From assembly GCF_006345805.1 (NCBI RefSeq), contig NW_021825217.1, positions 1 to 15,936 of the forward strand: a stretch of DNA of 15,936 bases, read 5' to 3'. Below the pieces are notes generated by a model, which was not told the DNA's origin, searched no databases, and saw nothing but the letters and a program-made list of their open reading frames with translations. The position numbers and the translations under genes are program-made. This stretch comes from Octopus sinensis. Its lineage: Eukaryota. This document shows, piece after piece, positions 1 through 9,775 of the stretch. Numbering within the stretch: position 1 is the stretch's first letter; each line of letters opens with the position of its first letter.

Positions 1-520
1 ATCCGCCTCACAATCCGCCTTTAGCAAGACGGGGCAGTCTGTGTTGTTGTTTCTAGTGGCTATGACGAAAGAGGTTGTGTGATGGGCGAACCTGAAAGAA
101 TTGAGGAAAGGCACCTTCCTCTTCGGTCAAGCTCTCATCGACTTCTTTAAGTTCAACTTAGAAAGGAATGTTAGGATGGAGAGAGAAGTGCTACCTTCCA
201 GTGGATCTGTGAAAAAAATGAGTGACTCTGACAAAAATGATTAGAGTGAATGGCCCTACTCTAAATATGCACCTGTATATAAGAGGGTATAAGAGATCTG
301 GTGCCTTTGTTAGTTAGAGTGATCTTGGATTTGTGGGGTTCGTTGATTGGCCCTAGTTGGAATATCTGTTGTATCAGGAAGATTGCATCATTCATATTAT
401 CACATACTTTGGACACTACGTATGCATTTATTAGATTTCATCGTCTTTCCCATTTTTTTCTACGTATCCTTTATCTAAATACCCACACATGTTGTCTATC
501 TTGGCAATATCCCCCTCATC
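1..520 (+). mobile_element. Degenerate 3' end (ORF2 C-terminus plus 3' UTR) of a Tx1/L1-clade LINE, cut by the window edge
   Basis: Frame +2 from nt 2 reads SAFSKTGQSVLLFLVAMTKEVV*WANLKELRKGTFLFGQALIDFFKFNLERNVRMEREV. This aligns with the C-terminus of the minus-strand element at 2071-3233 (IFIILVAMAKECIWW-LLKGLETNTFLSGQSLINFFKYHLKRKVRVERQV after frameshift correction). One in-frame stop. Confidence 0.75.
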
Positions 521-567
521 CATGCAATATCCCCCTCATCATCATCATCATCATCATTATCATTATT
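504..567 (+). repeat. 20-bp-period tandem duplication (GCAATATCCCCCTCATC x2) running into an (ATC)n/(ATT)n tract
   Basis: Identical 17-mer at 504-520 and 524-540, then ATC repeats to about 556 and ATT-type units to 567. Confidence 0.9.
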
Positions 568-1007
568 AGAGTGATAGAGTAGCACATGCCATCAAAGTGA
601 CACTGGGGTACAAATATACGAAGCCCAGTATACCCATCATGACTACCCGTCTGATAAGGGTACACTAGGCACATGCATCACAACCATATATGCACGAGAT
701 GGTGGTCTCCTATTAAGATAAACAGCGCACGACATTACAGGTGGGGACCTGTTAAAATTCTCTTCAGGTCAAGTAGCCCTTCCCCTTCAAAAGGTCCCAG
801 AATGAGGGTTGTTTAAGCATGTTGAACGAAATACCCAGGTTTCCAAAAGTGAATTATCCAAATCCCGAAGAATTCCTCTCAACAGATGGCTATGATGCTC
901 CCCACTACTTCTACTCGTGATCAGAGGTGCTCATATCATCAGCCACTAAGAGACATGCTCAACTAGTCAAGGTCAAGCAACTGACAAGCAAATCTGTGGT
1001 ACTGAGC
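568..1007 (-). mobile_element. Probable 5'-truncated LINE 3' UTR (family unassigned) with an (AAT/GAT)n tail
   Basis: Complex non-coding segment whose minus strand ends ...CTCTATCACTCT followed by AATAATGATAATGATGAT. It joins the next SINE through a shared GAGC (1004-1007). I recognise it from memory as a common octopus interspersed repeat; no coding evidence for its clade. Confidence 0.45.
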
Positions 1008-1227
1008 CTGGCGGAAACGTTAGCACGCCGAGCGAAATGCTTAGTAGTATTTCGTCTGCCGCTACGTTCTGAGTTCAAATTCCGCCGAGGTCGACTTTGC
1101 CTTTTATCCTTTCGGGGTCGATTAAATAATTACCAGTTACGCACTGGGGTCGATATAATCGACTTAATCCGTTTGTCTGTCTTTGTTTGTCCTCTCTTTG
1201 TTTAGCCCCTTGTGGGTAGTAAAGAAA

Positions 1228-1229
<2 letters not shown>
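1004..1229 (+). mobile_element. tRNA-derived SINE, family B (octopus OR-type), variant with a Tx1-like 3' tail
   Basis: A-box-like CTGGCGGAAACG, B-box-like GAGTTCAAATTCC, body CCTTTCGGGGTCGATTAAATAATTACCAG...CTGGGGTCGATATAATCGAC. Homologous to copies at 1280, 11590, 12823 and 13061. Confidence 0.85.

Positions 1230-1276
<47 letters not shown>
1228..1276 (+). repeat. (ATT)n microsatellite between two SINE-B copies
   Basis: About 16 ATT units. Confidence 0.95.
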
Positions 1277-1279
1277 TTT

Positions 1280-1450
1280 AAGGCAGCGACTCGGCAGAAT
1301 CGTTAGCATATTGGAGAAAATGCTTAGCGGCATTTCGTCAGTATATACTCAAGGTTGACTTCAGTTTTCACCTTTTTCGGAAACGATGAAATAATTCCCA
1401 ATCAAGTACAAAGGTTGATGTAATCGATTATACCCTTCCCTTAAAATTTA
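1280..1450 (+). mobile_element. Degenerate SINE family B copy
   Basis: AAGGCAGCGACTCGGCAGAATCGTTAGC...AAATGCTTAGCGGCATTTCGTC head, internal deletion removing the B box, then AAGGTTGACTT...GGTTGATGTAATCGATTATACCCTTCCC. Confidence 0.7.
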
Positions 1451-1636
1451 ATTCCATTTTGTTCACCGACTTCTTGGACTTCACACTATTTTCCGACGTG
1501 GGAATATATCGAAATTAAATAAAAACTTTCACTCTGTAACTTCGAGCATAAAACTAATTATAGTAACTGTGACCACCCCTTGGAATGTTTCTTGCCTTTA
1601 TTTTTTGGAATTGATCTGCTTTACATGTTCCACCAC

Positions 1637-1674
1637 CATCCATCAATCCATCCATCCATCCATCCACTTGTCTT

Positions 1675-1745
<71 letters not shown>

Positions 1746-1775
1746 GTCTGTCTGTCTATCTATCTACGTTTGCAG

Positions 1776-1853
<78 letters not shown>
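1637..1853 (+). repeat. Compound (CATC)n-(TATC)n microsatellite
   Basis: Direct reading; source of the SIYL-repeat ORFs. Confidence 0.95.
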
Positions 1854-2070
1854 GTTTCCAGCTATCTAACAGTCTGTCCATTTATTTCTTAACCTATTTT
1901 CTTTTGCTAGGGAATATCAGTGCGTGGGTTTCTTATTGGCAAAATGACCCTCCCAATATGACCCTCTGGTTATCTATGTACAAAACGGAAGCAGATAAAT
2001 ATATAATATATATATATATATAATATATATATATATATATAGATATAGATAGATAATAATAGATAGATAT

Positions 2071-3233
2071 GTTTCTTTATTAGCCACACAGGGCTGCACA
2101 CAGATAGAACACATTACAAGGTAGAGCTTTTCTTTTGAAGGTTTAAAAAAAAAAAAAAAAAAAAAAGGAAGGGGCAGTTTCGATCAAAAGGGATCGTAAA
2201 AGGAGAGAAGGAGGGCAAAAAGAAGGGGGGTTAAAAAAAAAAAAAAGGGGGGAGAGAAAAAAAAATTGATCCTAGGGATCGTTATCACAGAAATGTCAAT
2301 GGAAGTGTAAAGGGGAGTGACAGGTGAGGTTTTACCCGTGGAAAGAAAAGCCTACGGAAAAGACCACGGTAACCTCGGTCAATGAAGTCACATTTTATAT
2401 TGCTTTTTTTTTTTTTTTTTTTTTTTTTCAAATAAGCAACTCTCTGTTTTCGATTTCTGGGTTCATAGGACTATGCTCAAGTGGCTTCGTCATTCATACG
2501 TGCCATTCTTGCTACATTCACCCATCTTTTTTTAAAACATTCGCTAGACAAACTTGCCTCTCTACTCTCACTTTCCTTTTCAAGTGGTACTTGAAGAAGT
2601 TGATGAGAGATTGACCAGAGAGGAAAGTGTTTGTCTCCAATCCTTTCAGAAGCGTTCCACCAGATACATTCTTTCGCCATAGCCACAGGATGATGAAAAT
2701 AGCTCTTCTTCCCGTTTGAAGGAAGGAGGCGTGACAATATTTACGATAGACTCAGCTGATAAACCGACTCGTCCCACACGTGACAGCAGTTGTTCGACAT
2801 AAGCCCACAGGTCGGAAATTTGTTGGACACTGAACGAGTGCGTGCAGAACGGTTTCGTCGCTCGACCGCATCTCGGGCAGGTCGGCCCCGTGTTTCTCGA
2901 GCCGTGTCTGTAGAGCTTATCCCGAACGGGTAGCGCTCTCGGTAGCACTGCCAGGCCAGGGATCTCTGGAAGTTGTCCATGGGCCCTGGCCGAAAGTCGT
3001 CCCGAAACAGGCGGGTCAGGTACTCCTCGTCGACGTCCAGGTTCGCCCCGAGCTCGTCGTCGTACCTCCCCTCCACTAAACCCCTATAGAATGCTTTGGT
3101 TGTGTGTGAAGTCACTTAAGGTCGACCCAGGACGGCAGAGTTGCTTGAGAGCAACGCGACACTCGCGGTGCCATTCGCCCCCTTCCTCGGCCTCTTTTTG
3201 ATCCACGACTGCAGTTCGGTCATGGAGACGAGC
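2071..3233 (-). mobile_element. 5'-truncated Tx1/L1-clade LINE (ORF2 C-terminal zinc-finger region, 3' UTR and AATAAA), frameshifted
   Basis: Joined frames give SLAWQCYR-ALPVRDKLYRHGSRNTGPTCPRCG-SDETVLHALVQCPT-ISDLWAYVEQLLSR...VAMAKECIWW, the CxxC..H..C zinc knuckle context of L1/Tx1 ORF2. The 3' UTR ends with an AGCC-ctgtgt-GGCT hairpin, AATAAA (2081-2076) and GAAAC. Confidence 0.85.
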
Positions 3234-3285
<52 letters not shown>

Positions 3286-3610
3286 GAAATAGAGATACAA
3301 AGTGAGAAAGAGAGAGAAATTACGATACTGTCATAATGTCTCTCGGAGTTTATTGACTTAATTTCTCTGTTCTTATACTGACACATCTTCTCTCTGTCTC
3401 CCCTCTCTCTGTCTTTCACTCTCTCTCTCACTCTCTCACTCTCTCACCCACTCTCTCTCTCTCACTCACCTCTCTCTTTCTCACTCTCTCACTCTCTCTC
3501 ACTCTCACTCTCTCTCAGTATCCATTACTATCAATTGCTTTCACTCTCTGATATCCCATACATGTTCCTCCCTTCTCTCTCTCTCTCTCTCTCTCTCGCT
3601 CTCTTTCACA
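3234..3610 (+). repeat. (TAGA)n tract (3234-3285) followed by GA-rich and (CT/CACT)n low-complexity repeats
   Basis: Direct reading. Confidence 0.9.
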
Positions 3611-4009
3611 CACACATACACTGTCTCCCTCTTGCTCCTTGTAAATCCCCTTCTCACCATAACCCTATATATTACCCTCTTTCTTTACAAGTACCCCCTC
3701 TTTATCAGCATGCCCCTTTATTCTGCTTTTCATACTCCAGAGCCTGTTGCTCCCTTTCATAATCTATTTTCCGCATCTATTCGACCGCGCCCACTTGCCT
3801 CTTCAACCATCTCTCCAGCATCCTTAATACATTTCTCTGACAAACTCTACCATTTCGCTCTCTTCTATTATTCCTTCTCTTTTTCTCAATAATATTAATG
3901 TTCTATGATAATGTTCTATATACGCAAGAGTGTGTACGTACGTGCATATGGGTGTGTGTATGTGCATGTGTCTATATATTGTATATACTTATTTATTTAT
4001 ATGCACGCC

Positions 4010-4223
4010 GCGTATGTGTGTGTGTGTATGTTTGTGTTTTTGGCTCTCACCGCCGCTTCACAACCGGTCTTGGTGTGTTTACGTTCCGGAGCCTAGCGGT
4101 TCAGGGGGAAATGGCCGATAGAATAACAAGAAAAACAAGTACTCGAGTCGATTCATTCGGGTAAAATTTCCTCATGGCAGAGCCCCAGCATGGCCACAGT
4201 CTAATGACTGAAACAATTAAAAG
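4010..4223 (+). mobile_element. SINE family A, 3' half (5'-truncated)
   Basis: After a (TG)-rich tract: GGTGTGTTTACGTT...GCCGATAGAATAA...CCCCAGCATGGCCACAGTCTAATGACTGAAACAATTAAAAG, homologous to the 3' half of the copy at 9251-9666. Confidence 0.75.
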
Positions 4224-4253
4224 GTTTTATATATATATATATATATATATATA

Positions 4254-4393
4254 GGCGTGGCTGTGTGGTAAGAAGATTGCTCCCGGGTTCAGTTCCACTG
4301 TGTGGCACCTTGGGCAAATATTTTCTACTGAAGCCTCGGGCCGACCAAAGCCTTGTGAGTGGATTTGGAAGACGGAAACTGAAAGAAGCCTGT

Positions 4394-4437
<44 letters not shown>

Positions 4438-4611
4438 GTGTGTGTGTGTGTGTGAGTGTATGTATATATGTACATATTTGTGTGTTTGTTTCTGTGGTTC
4501 TCCCTCAACCATCGCTTGACAAACGATCTTGGTGAGTTTACGTCCCAAGTAACTTACCGGCTCGGCAAAACTGACTGATAGAAAAAGTACCAGGCTTACA
4601 ATGAATAAGTC
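4254..4611 (+). mobile_element. SINE family A (tRNA head, internal microsatellite, 3' body), missing its 3' terminus
   Basis: GGCGTGGCTGTGTGGTAAG (A box), GGGTTCAGTTCC (B box), GACCAAAGCCTTGTGAGTGGATTTGG...GAAACTGAAAGAAGCC, (TA)n(TG)n at about 4396-4490, then CATCGCTTGACAAACGAT...GATAGAAAAAGTACCAGGCTTACA. Confidence 0.85.
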
Positions 4612-4958
4612 TATATATATCTAAATATATATATACATATATATATACATACATATTTTATATATACATATATACATATATATATATATAAATACATACA
4701 TACATATACATATATTTATATATATTTATATATATTTTATATATTTTATAAATTAATATGTTCAATAAGAAATAATTATTTTCGAAATTTTTCTCTTATG
4801 AGGTTTTTACGCTATCTACCTGACAATTTCTTGTTAAGTTTTCCTTATTAAGTAGTTGTCCTTAATTGCTATATTTATATATATATATATATATATATTG
4901 ATAGCTATATAGACAGACAGGCAGAGAGACAAATAGATAATTAAATAGATAGATAGAC

Positions 4959-4993
<35 letters not shown>

Positions 4994-5190
4994 GGGAGAA
5001 AGAGATAAACAGACAGATACACAGATACAAAAACACATACGTACATACATACATGACCCCAAACATATATACATATATATTAGAATGTATGAGCCTGTAT
5101 GTACGTATGTATGCAGGTGTGCGTCACAGTTTGTGTGTAAGCGTATGTGAACTCATGGACTTACATCTTCACAAATACACACACATACAC

Positions 5191-5263
<73 letters not shown>

Positions 5264-5270
5264 ACACGAA
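4612..5270. repeat. Compound AT-rich, (GATA/GACA)n, (GA)n and (CA)n microsatellite block
   Basis: Direct reading; short non-repeat spacers (about 4756-4865 and 5060-5170). Confidence 0.85.
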
Positions 5271-5783
5271 GGATAATAAATATATGCACAGCCGGACGTT
5301 AGCAAACACAAAACACGAGAAATAGCAAAAAATAATAACAACAACGATAAAAATAATAAAGCAAAAACCTCCTACCTTCTTCGTTTTATTCTCTCTATCT
5401 ATATATATCTATTTACAATAGATGAGCGCTTTTAGGTGTTTTTTTTTATATATAAATTTATTCGTAAGGGTAAAAATAAATAAAGGAAATAAGCGGTTTG
5501 CTACTTAGTTTGAATGCAGTCTTTTATTCTTTGGCCGAGTCTGTAGTTTTTTAGGCTGCTGTCAATTACCGCTTTAGTGTACAGTTATTTTCTGGTGAGA
5601 TCTGTTCAAATTGAATTCTTCTCAATTATGTTATATATTATTCCATCAATTTGACACTACTGTAAAACGTATCCTTTTATATAAAAATCGCGAAAGAAAG
5701 GGGTTAAATTCAATTTTAAAAGGAAGGATATTCATGTCAAATGATATACGCTCTGATGTCTCTACATGTGTGCGCTTGTATGC

Positions 5784-5784
<1 letters not shown>

Positions 5785-5824
<40 letters not shown>

Positions 5825-5977
5825 GCATGTATATGTATATATATCGTCATATATGTATATATGTTTGTCTTTATTTATGTATAAGCCTACGTTTATGTAA
5901 ATCTAAGTATGAATGTAAATGCACGTTATGGATGACTAAGTACGATATTTATGTTCGGAAATTTGTGTGTGCATACA

Positions 5978-6023
<46 letters not shown>

Positions 6024-6044
6024 ACATACACACACCACACACAC

Positions 6045-6091
<47 letters not shown>

Positions 6092-6161
6092 TGTATGTAT
6101 GTATATATATGTATGTATATTTATACATGAATATCCATATATGAATACATGTATAAGTGTA

Positions 6162-6203
<42 letters not shown>

Positions 6204-6625
6204 ATATACATATGTACGTATGTATGTGTGCATACATATATTAGAAGAAAAAGACAGAGAAAGAGAAAAATAGGTTTTCAAATACAAATGTAGCCACACA
6301 ATATACACACAGACTTATATGCATATATATGTGTATATGCTTGTGTGGGTGTGAGTGTGTGTGTATGTGTGTGTATGTATGTATATATGCATAAATATCA
6401 TTTGGCGTTTATATGTATATATATACATGTAATATATATATATTATATATATATATATATATATTAAATATATATAATATATCCCATATACATATATTTG
6501 CGTATATATGTATGTACATATGTATATATATGCATACATACACACACACAAACTCAAGCACACAGACATATATAAAGGCATATAACTAGGTATGTATACA
6601 CACCAATACATATATAGCTACACAT
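5785..6625. repeat. Compound (TA)n/(CA)n/(TATG)n/(TG)n low-complexity block
   Basis: Direct reading; source of the YIYI/HTHT/CVCV ORFs. Confidence 0.9.
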
Positions 6626-7146
6626 GATTGTATTTGTGTTTTTCGACATACACCTACCTGTGTATATTTACTATTTGCAACGTAGCAGAATAAAAGACAG
6701 GCCTCTCCTTTGTTATATAAAGCTCTTGAAAATAAGTATTGATTGAAATAAAGATGTAACGAAGTTTTTCTTTTAAAACTTAACTTTACAGCAAACTTCG
6801 ACAATATAGAGACTTGTTGAAATATAGCTTACATCAGTCAATGGTTTTGAAATATATTAAAGACGACCGTTGATAACTTATATTATAGGATAGAAATTCT
6901 ATTGAGATTTCGATAGCTGTCTGTTAATTAAATATTGATGGAGAAGATGTAGACGATCCCTATGAGGTTCCATAACAATTAAAAGTGGAACGAATGATCG
7001 AATTATTTGCCTGGTGAAACATGTTGGAGTGGAGGTGTGAGGGGTGTTGGATGGGAAATAATGACTTTAATATGAAATTATATTAGTTCATATATAAGTT
7101 AAGATTGTTTTGTTGGTGCTCGTGGTAAAATTTAACTACTACAAAC

Positions 7147-7300
7147 ATGTATGTATGCATGCACGTATGTATGTATGTATGTATGTATGTATGTATGTAT
7201 GTATGTATGTATGTATGTATGTATGTATGTGTGTACGTGTGTATAGCTTGCATGCAATTATGTATGTATGTGTGTATGTATGAAATGTATGTACGTGTGT
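7147..7300 (+). repeat. (TATG)n microsatellite
   Basis: Direct reading. Confidence 0.95.
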
Positions 7301-7304
7301 ATAG

Positions 7305-7450
7305 CTTTTATCTTTTATCTTTAATTGATTCAGTCATTAGACTGCAGCCATGCTGGGGCATTGAAACATTTTTCAGTCGAATAAATCGACCCCTGAACTT
7401 ACATTTTGTAAGCCTGGTTCTTATTCTATCGACTTCTTTTGCCGAACTGA
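7305..7450 (-). mobile_element. SINE family A, 3'-terminal fragment
   Basis: Minus strand: CGGCAAAAGAAGTCGATAGAATAAGAACCAGGCTTACAAAA...GGGGTCGATTTATTCGAC...CCCCAGCATGGCTGCAGTCTAATGACTGAATCAATTAAAGATAAAAGATAAAAG. Confidence 0.8.
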
Positions 7451-8191
7451 TATATATATATATTTACTTAGAATAGAATTAAGTTTATGTCAAATAACTC
7501 TAAGATTAAAAATTCTATATACCAGTGTATAATCAGTACTCGTAATAAAGTACGATCTTACATCGGAAGCACATCGTTAGAGTCATCTAAAAGAATTTCT
7601 ATCCATTACTTCACATTTAGGGATAGAAATAAACGGAATAATACGGTCTCAGCAAACTGATTTGGGATCTAAAAACCACAATGAACAATTTCATTAGAAT
7701 GGTGATTCTCTCATCTCGATACCTTATGACAAGGCAAGGATTCTGTCTTCTCTCATTCTGAGCTATTTTTCATTATTTTTTCTAAAAGTCGCCTAGTAAA
7801 CACGGTTATAGAGCGAGCATACAGATGTAAAACATTGGCAAAACACACTTTTAGTGCAAATAAGTAGTCCCTATCATTATATATAATTTAAAATTTAATT
7901 TCCTTTATATTAACATTCACTATAAATATCCCTATCTTTTCTGTAAGCTACTTATGACGTTATATCATATAACGTTTTTTTTAAACATATTAATAGCGTT
8001 CAGTTAATCGCTGTACAAACTCCATCATTTTTGCTAAAATGTCTTATTGACGAGTTTCGTTTTTTTCACTTTCCTGAAGAGAAGATTGCATTGTTTATAC
8101 CTTTATTCTTTGAATAGTATCAGTGGAATTTTCGGAACATGTGTCGAAAGTAAAATATTGATTTAGACCTGCGTTAAACTCCATTTATTTA

Positions 8192-8231
<40 letters not shown>

Positions 8232-8239
8232 TATATATT

Positions 8240-9008
8240 CTCTGTTTGTCTCTCTCTCTCTCTCATTTTTACTTGATCTGTCCCCCTCTTCTCTCTCTTT
8301 TCTCTCTATTCCTTTCTCTTCCTCTGATCCTTTGGTCTAGTCTTCCACTACCCTCCTATTTCTTTTGTCTCGCTCTGCACTCACAGGTCATTCTTCGACA
8401 CCCATCCCTTCTCCTCTCTGATTCCTTCTTTCTCTCTCTTCTCTCTCTTTGTTGCGTTTTGTCCCCCTTCTCTCTCTCTCTTCCTTTGCTTCTCTTTCTT
8501 TTCTTTTCCTCTTCTCTGTCACGTGACTGTTGGCCGAAATCTGCCTTTCAGCTCCTGACCCTCGTCGTGTTAACATCGTTGTTTTTCGTCCGCCGCTATA
8601 AAGGCTTTTCCAATGCGCCAGAGAAAAATTTGTTTGGCTTGTTATCAGTCGTAAGACACTTGTTGTTTTCACCGTTAATGCTTCTGTATTTCATGTTTCT
8701 GTATTCCATTATTGTTTTTGTTTTTTTTTTTTTCATATCTGTCCCTTTGCTGTCCTGGTGTTCGTATGCATTCGATCCTTCTTCCAGGAAATCTACGCTT
8801 CCAGCTTAGTTTTTCTAATGCTCGTTGCTTAGTTTTTCTTGGAGGGCTGGCCGTGATCTAGTAATCTCAAGATTAATCAGCCGAAATTACTACGATGATC
8901 CGGTTCTTGACTGAAGACTGAGGGGTTCGAATGTCCTGTCCATGTTTATTGTATCGTCTTCTAAGAGTTATACGTTCTTGTCCATGTTGTATTTTTCTAC
9001 ATACCTTA
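8240..9008 (+). mobile_element. Probable Penelope-like (PLE) terminal-repeat fragment with a pyrimidine-rich leader
   Basis: Non-coding block bounded by (TA)n on both sides, with CTGAAGA...GAATGTC hammerhead-like remnant at 8911-8935. PLE assignment rests on that motif and on memory of similar octopus repeats; no RT or GIY-YIG sequence present. Confidence 0.4.
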
Positions 9009-9089
9009 ATATATATATATATATATATATTTAGATGGATAGATAGATAGACAAATAGATAGGTATACAGACGGAGAGATAGATAGATA

Positions 9090-9215
9090 AAGTTGAAATT
9101 TACAGAAAAACAAAAGACAAAGACAGGTGTATTATTTTCAACTCTCAGGAAGGTGAGAAAGTCCTTACACGTTTCGAGACTACGCTCTTCAATCGAAAGG
9201 AACATGAGAAATAAA
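9090..9215 (-). mobile_element. Short PLE-like terminal fragment, homologous to 15066-15250
   Basis: Shares AAAAACAAAAGAC-AAGACAGGT...CAGGAA...AAAGTC.TTACACGTTTCGAG.CTACGCTCTTC with the 15066 copy. Confidence 0.55.
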
Positions 9216-9250
9216 CCGATAATATATATATTATATAATATAATATATAT

Positions 9251-9662
9251 TTACTCTTTACTCTTTTACTTGTTTCATTCCATTTGACTGCAGCCATGCT
9301 GGAGCACCGCCTTTAGTCGAAGCAAATCGACCACGGGACTTATTCTTTGTAAGCCCAGTACTTATTCTATCGTCTCTGTTTGCCGAACTGCTAAGTGACG
9401 GGGACGTAAACACACCAGCATCGTTGTCAAGCAATGCTAGAGGGACACACAGACACCACGACACACAGACATATACATACACATACATATATATATATAC
9501 ATATATACGACAGGCTTCTTTCAGTTTCCGTCTACCAACCCACTCACAAGGCTTTGGTCGGCCCCGAGGCTATAGCAGAAGACATTTGCCCAAGATGCAC
9601 GCAGTGGCACTGAACCCAGACCATGTGGCTGGTTATCAGCTACTTACCGCACAGCCACTCCT

Positions 9663-9666
<4 letters not shown>
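9251..9666 (-). mobile_element. Near full-length SINE family A
   Basis: Minus strand: GCGCAGGAGTGGCTGTGCGGTAAG (A box), GGGTTCAGTGCC (B box), body, internal (TA/TG)n at about 9450-9506, 3' end GGCGGTGCTCCAGCATGGCTGCAGTCAAATGGAATGAAACAAGTAAAAGAGTAAAGAG. Confidence 0.9.
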
Positions 9667-9714
<48 letters not shown>

Positions 9715-9739
9715 ATGAATTCATGTATGTATGTATATG

Positions 9740-9775
<36 letters not shown>

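Noticed and set aside
1569-2023. ORFs of 107 and 147 aa
   Set aside because: Translations of (TATC)n/(CATC)n (SIYL/IYLS repeats); stop-free by repeat composition.
1676-3285. (TATC)n and (TAGA)n tracts as terminal inverted repeats of a DNA transposon
   Set aside because: Simple repeats in opposite orientation are common here; the interior is a LINE fragment with its own 3' end, and there is no transposase or defined terminus.
2477-3431. Four minus-strand ORFs as separate small genes
   Set aside because: Frameshifted pieces of one Tx1-like ORF2; the 3084-3431 ORF runs in from microsatellite.
5053-6611. Cluster of overlapping ORFs on both strands
   Set aside because: All are (TA)n, (CA)n or (TATG)n read-throughs (YIYI, HTHT, CVCV).
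6930-6975. Peptide NIDGEDVDDPYE resembling a phosphatase DPY loop
   Set aside because: In-frame stop immediately upstream, no splice acceptor, too short to be significant.
8246-8809. 187-aa Leu/Ser/Phe-rich ORF suggesting a membrane protein
   Set aside because: Product of a CT-rich low-complexity tract with a non-ATG start and no recognisable domain.
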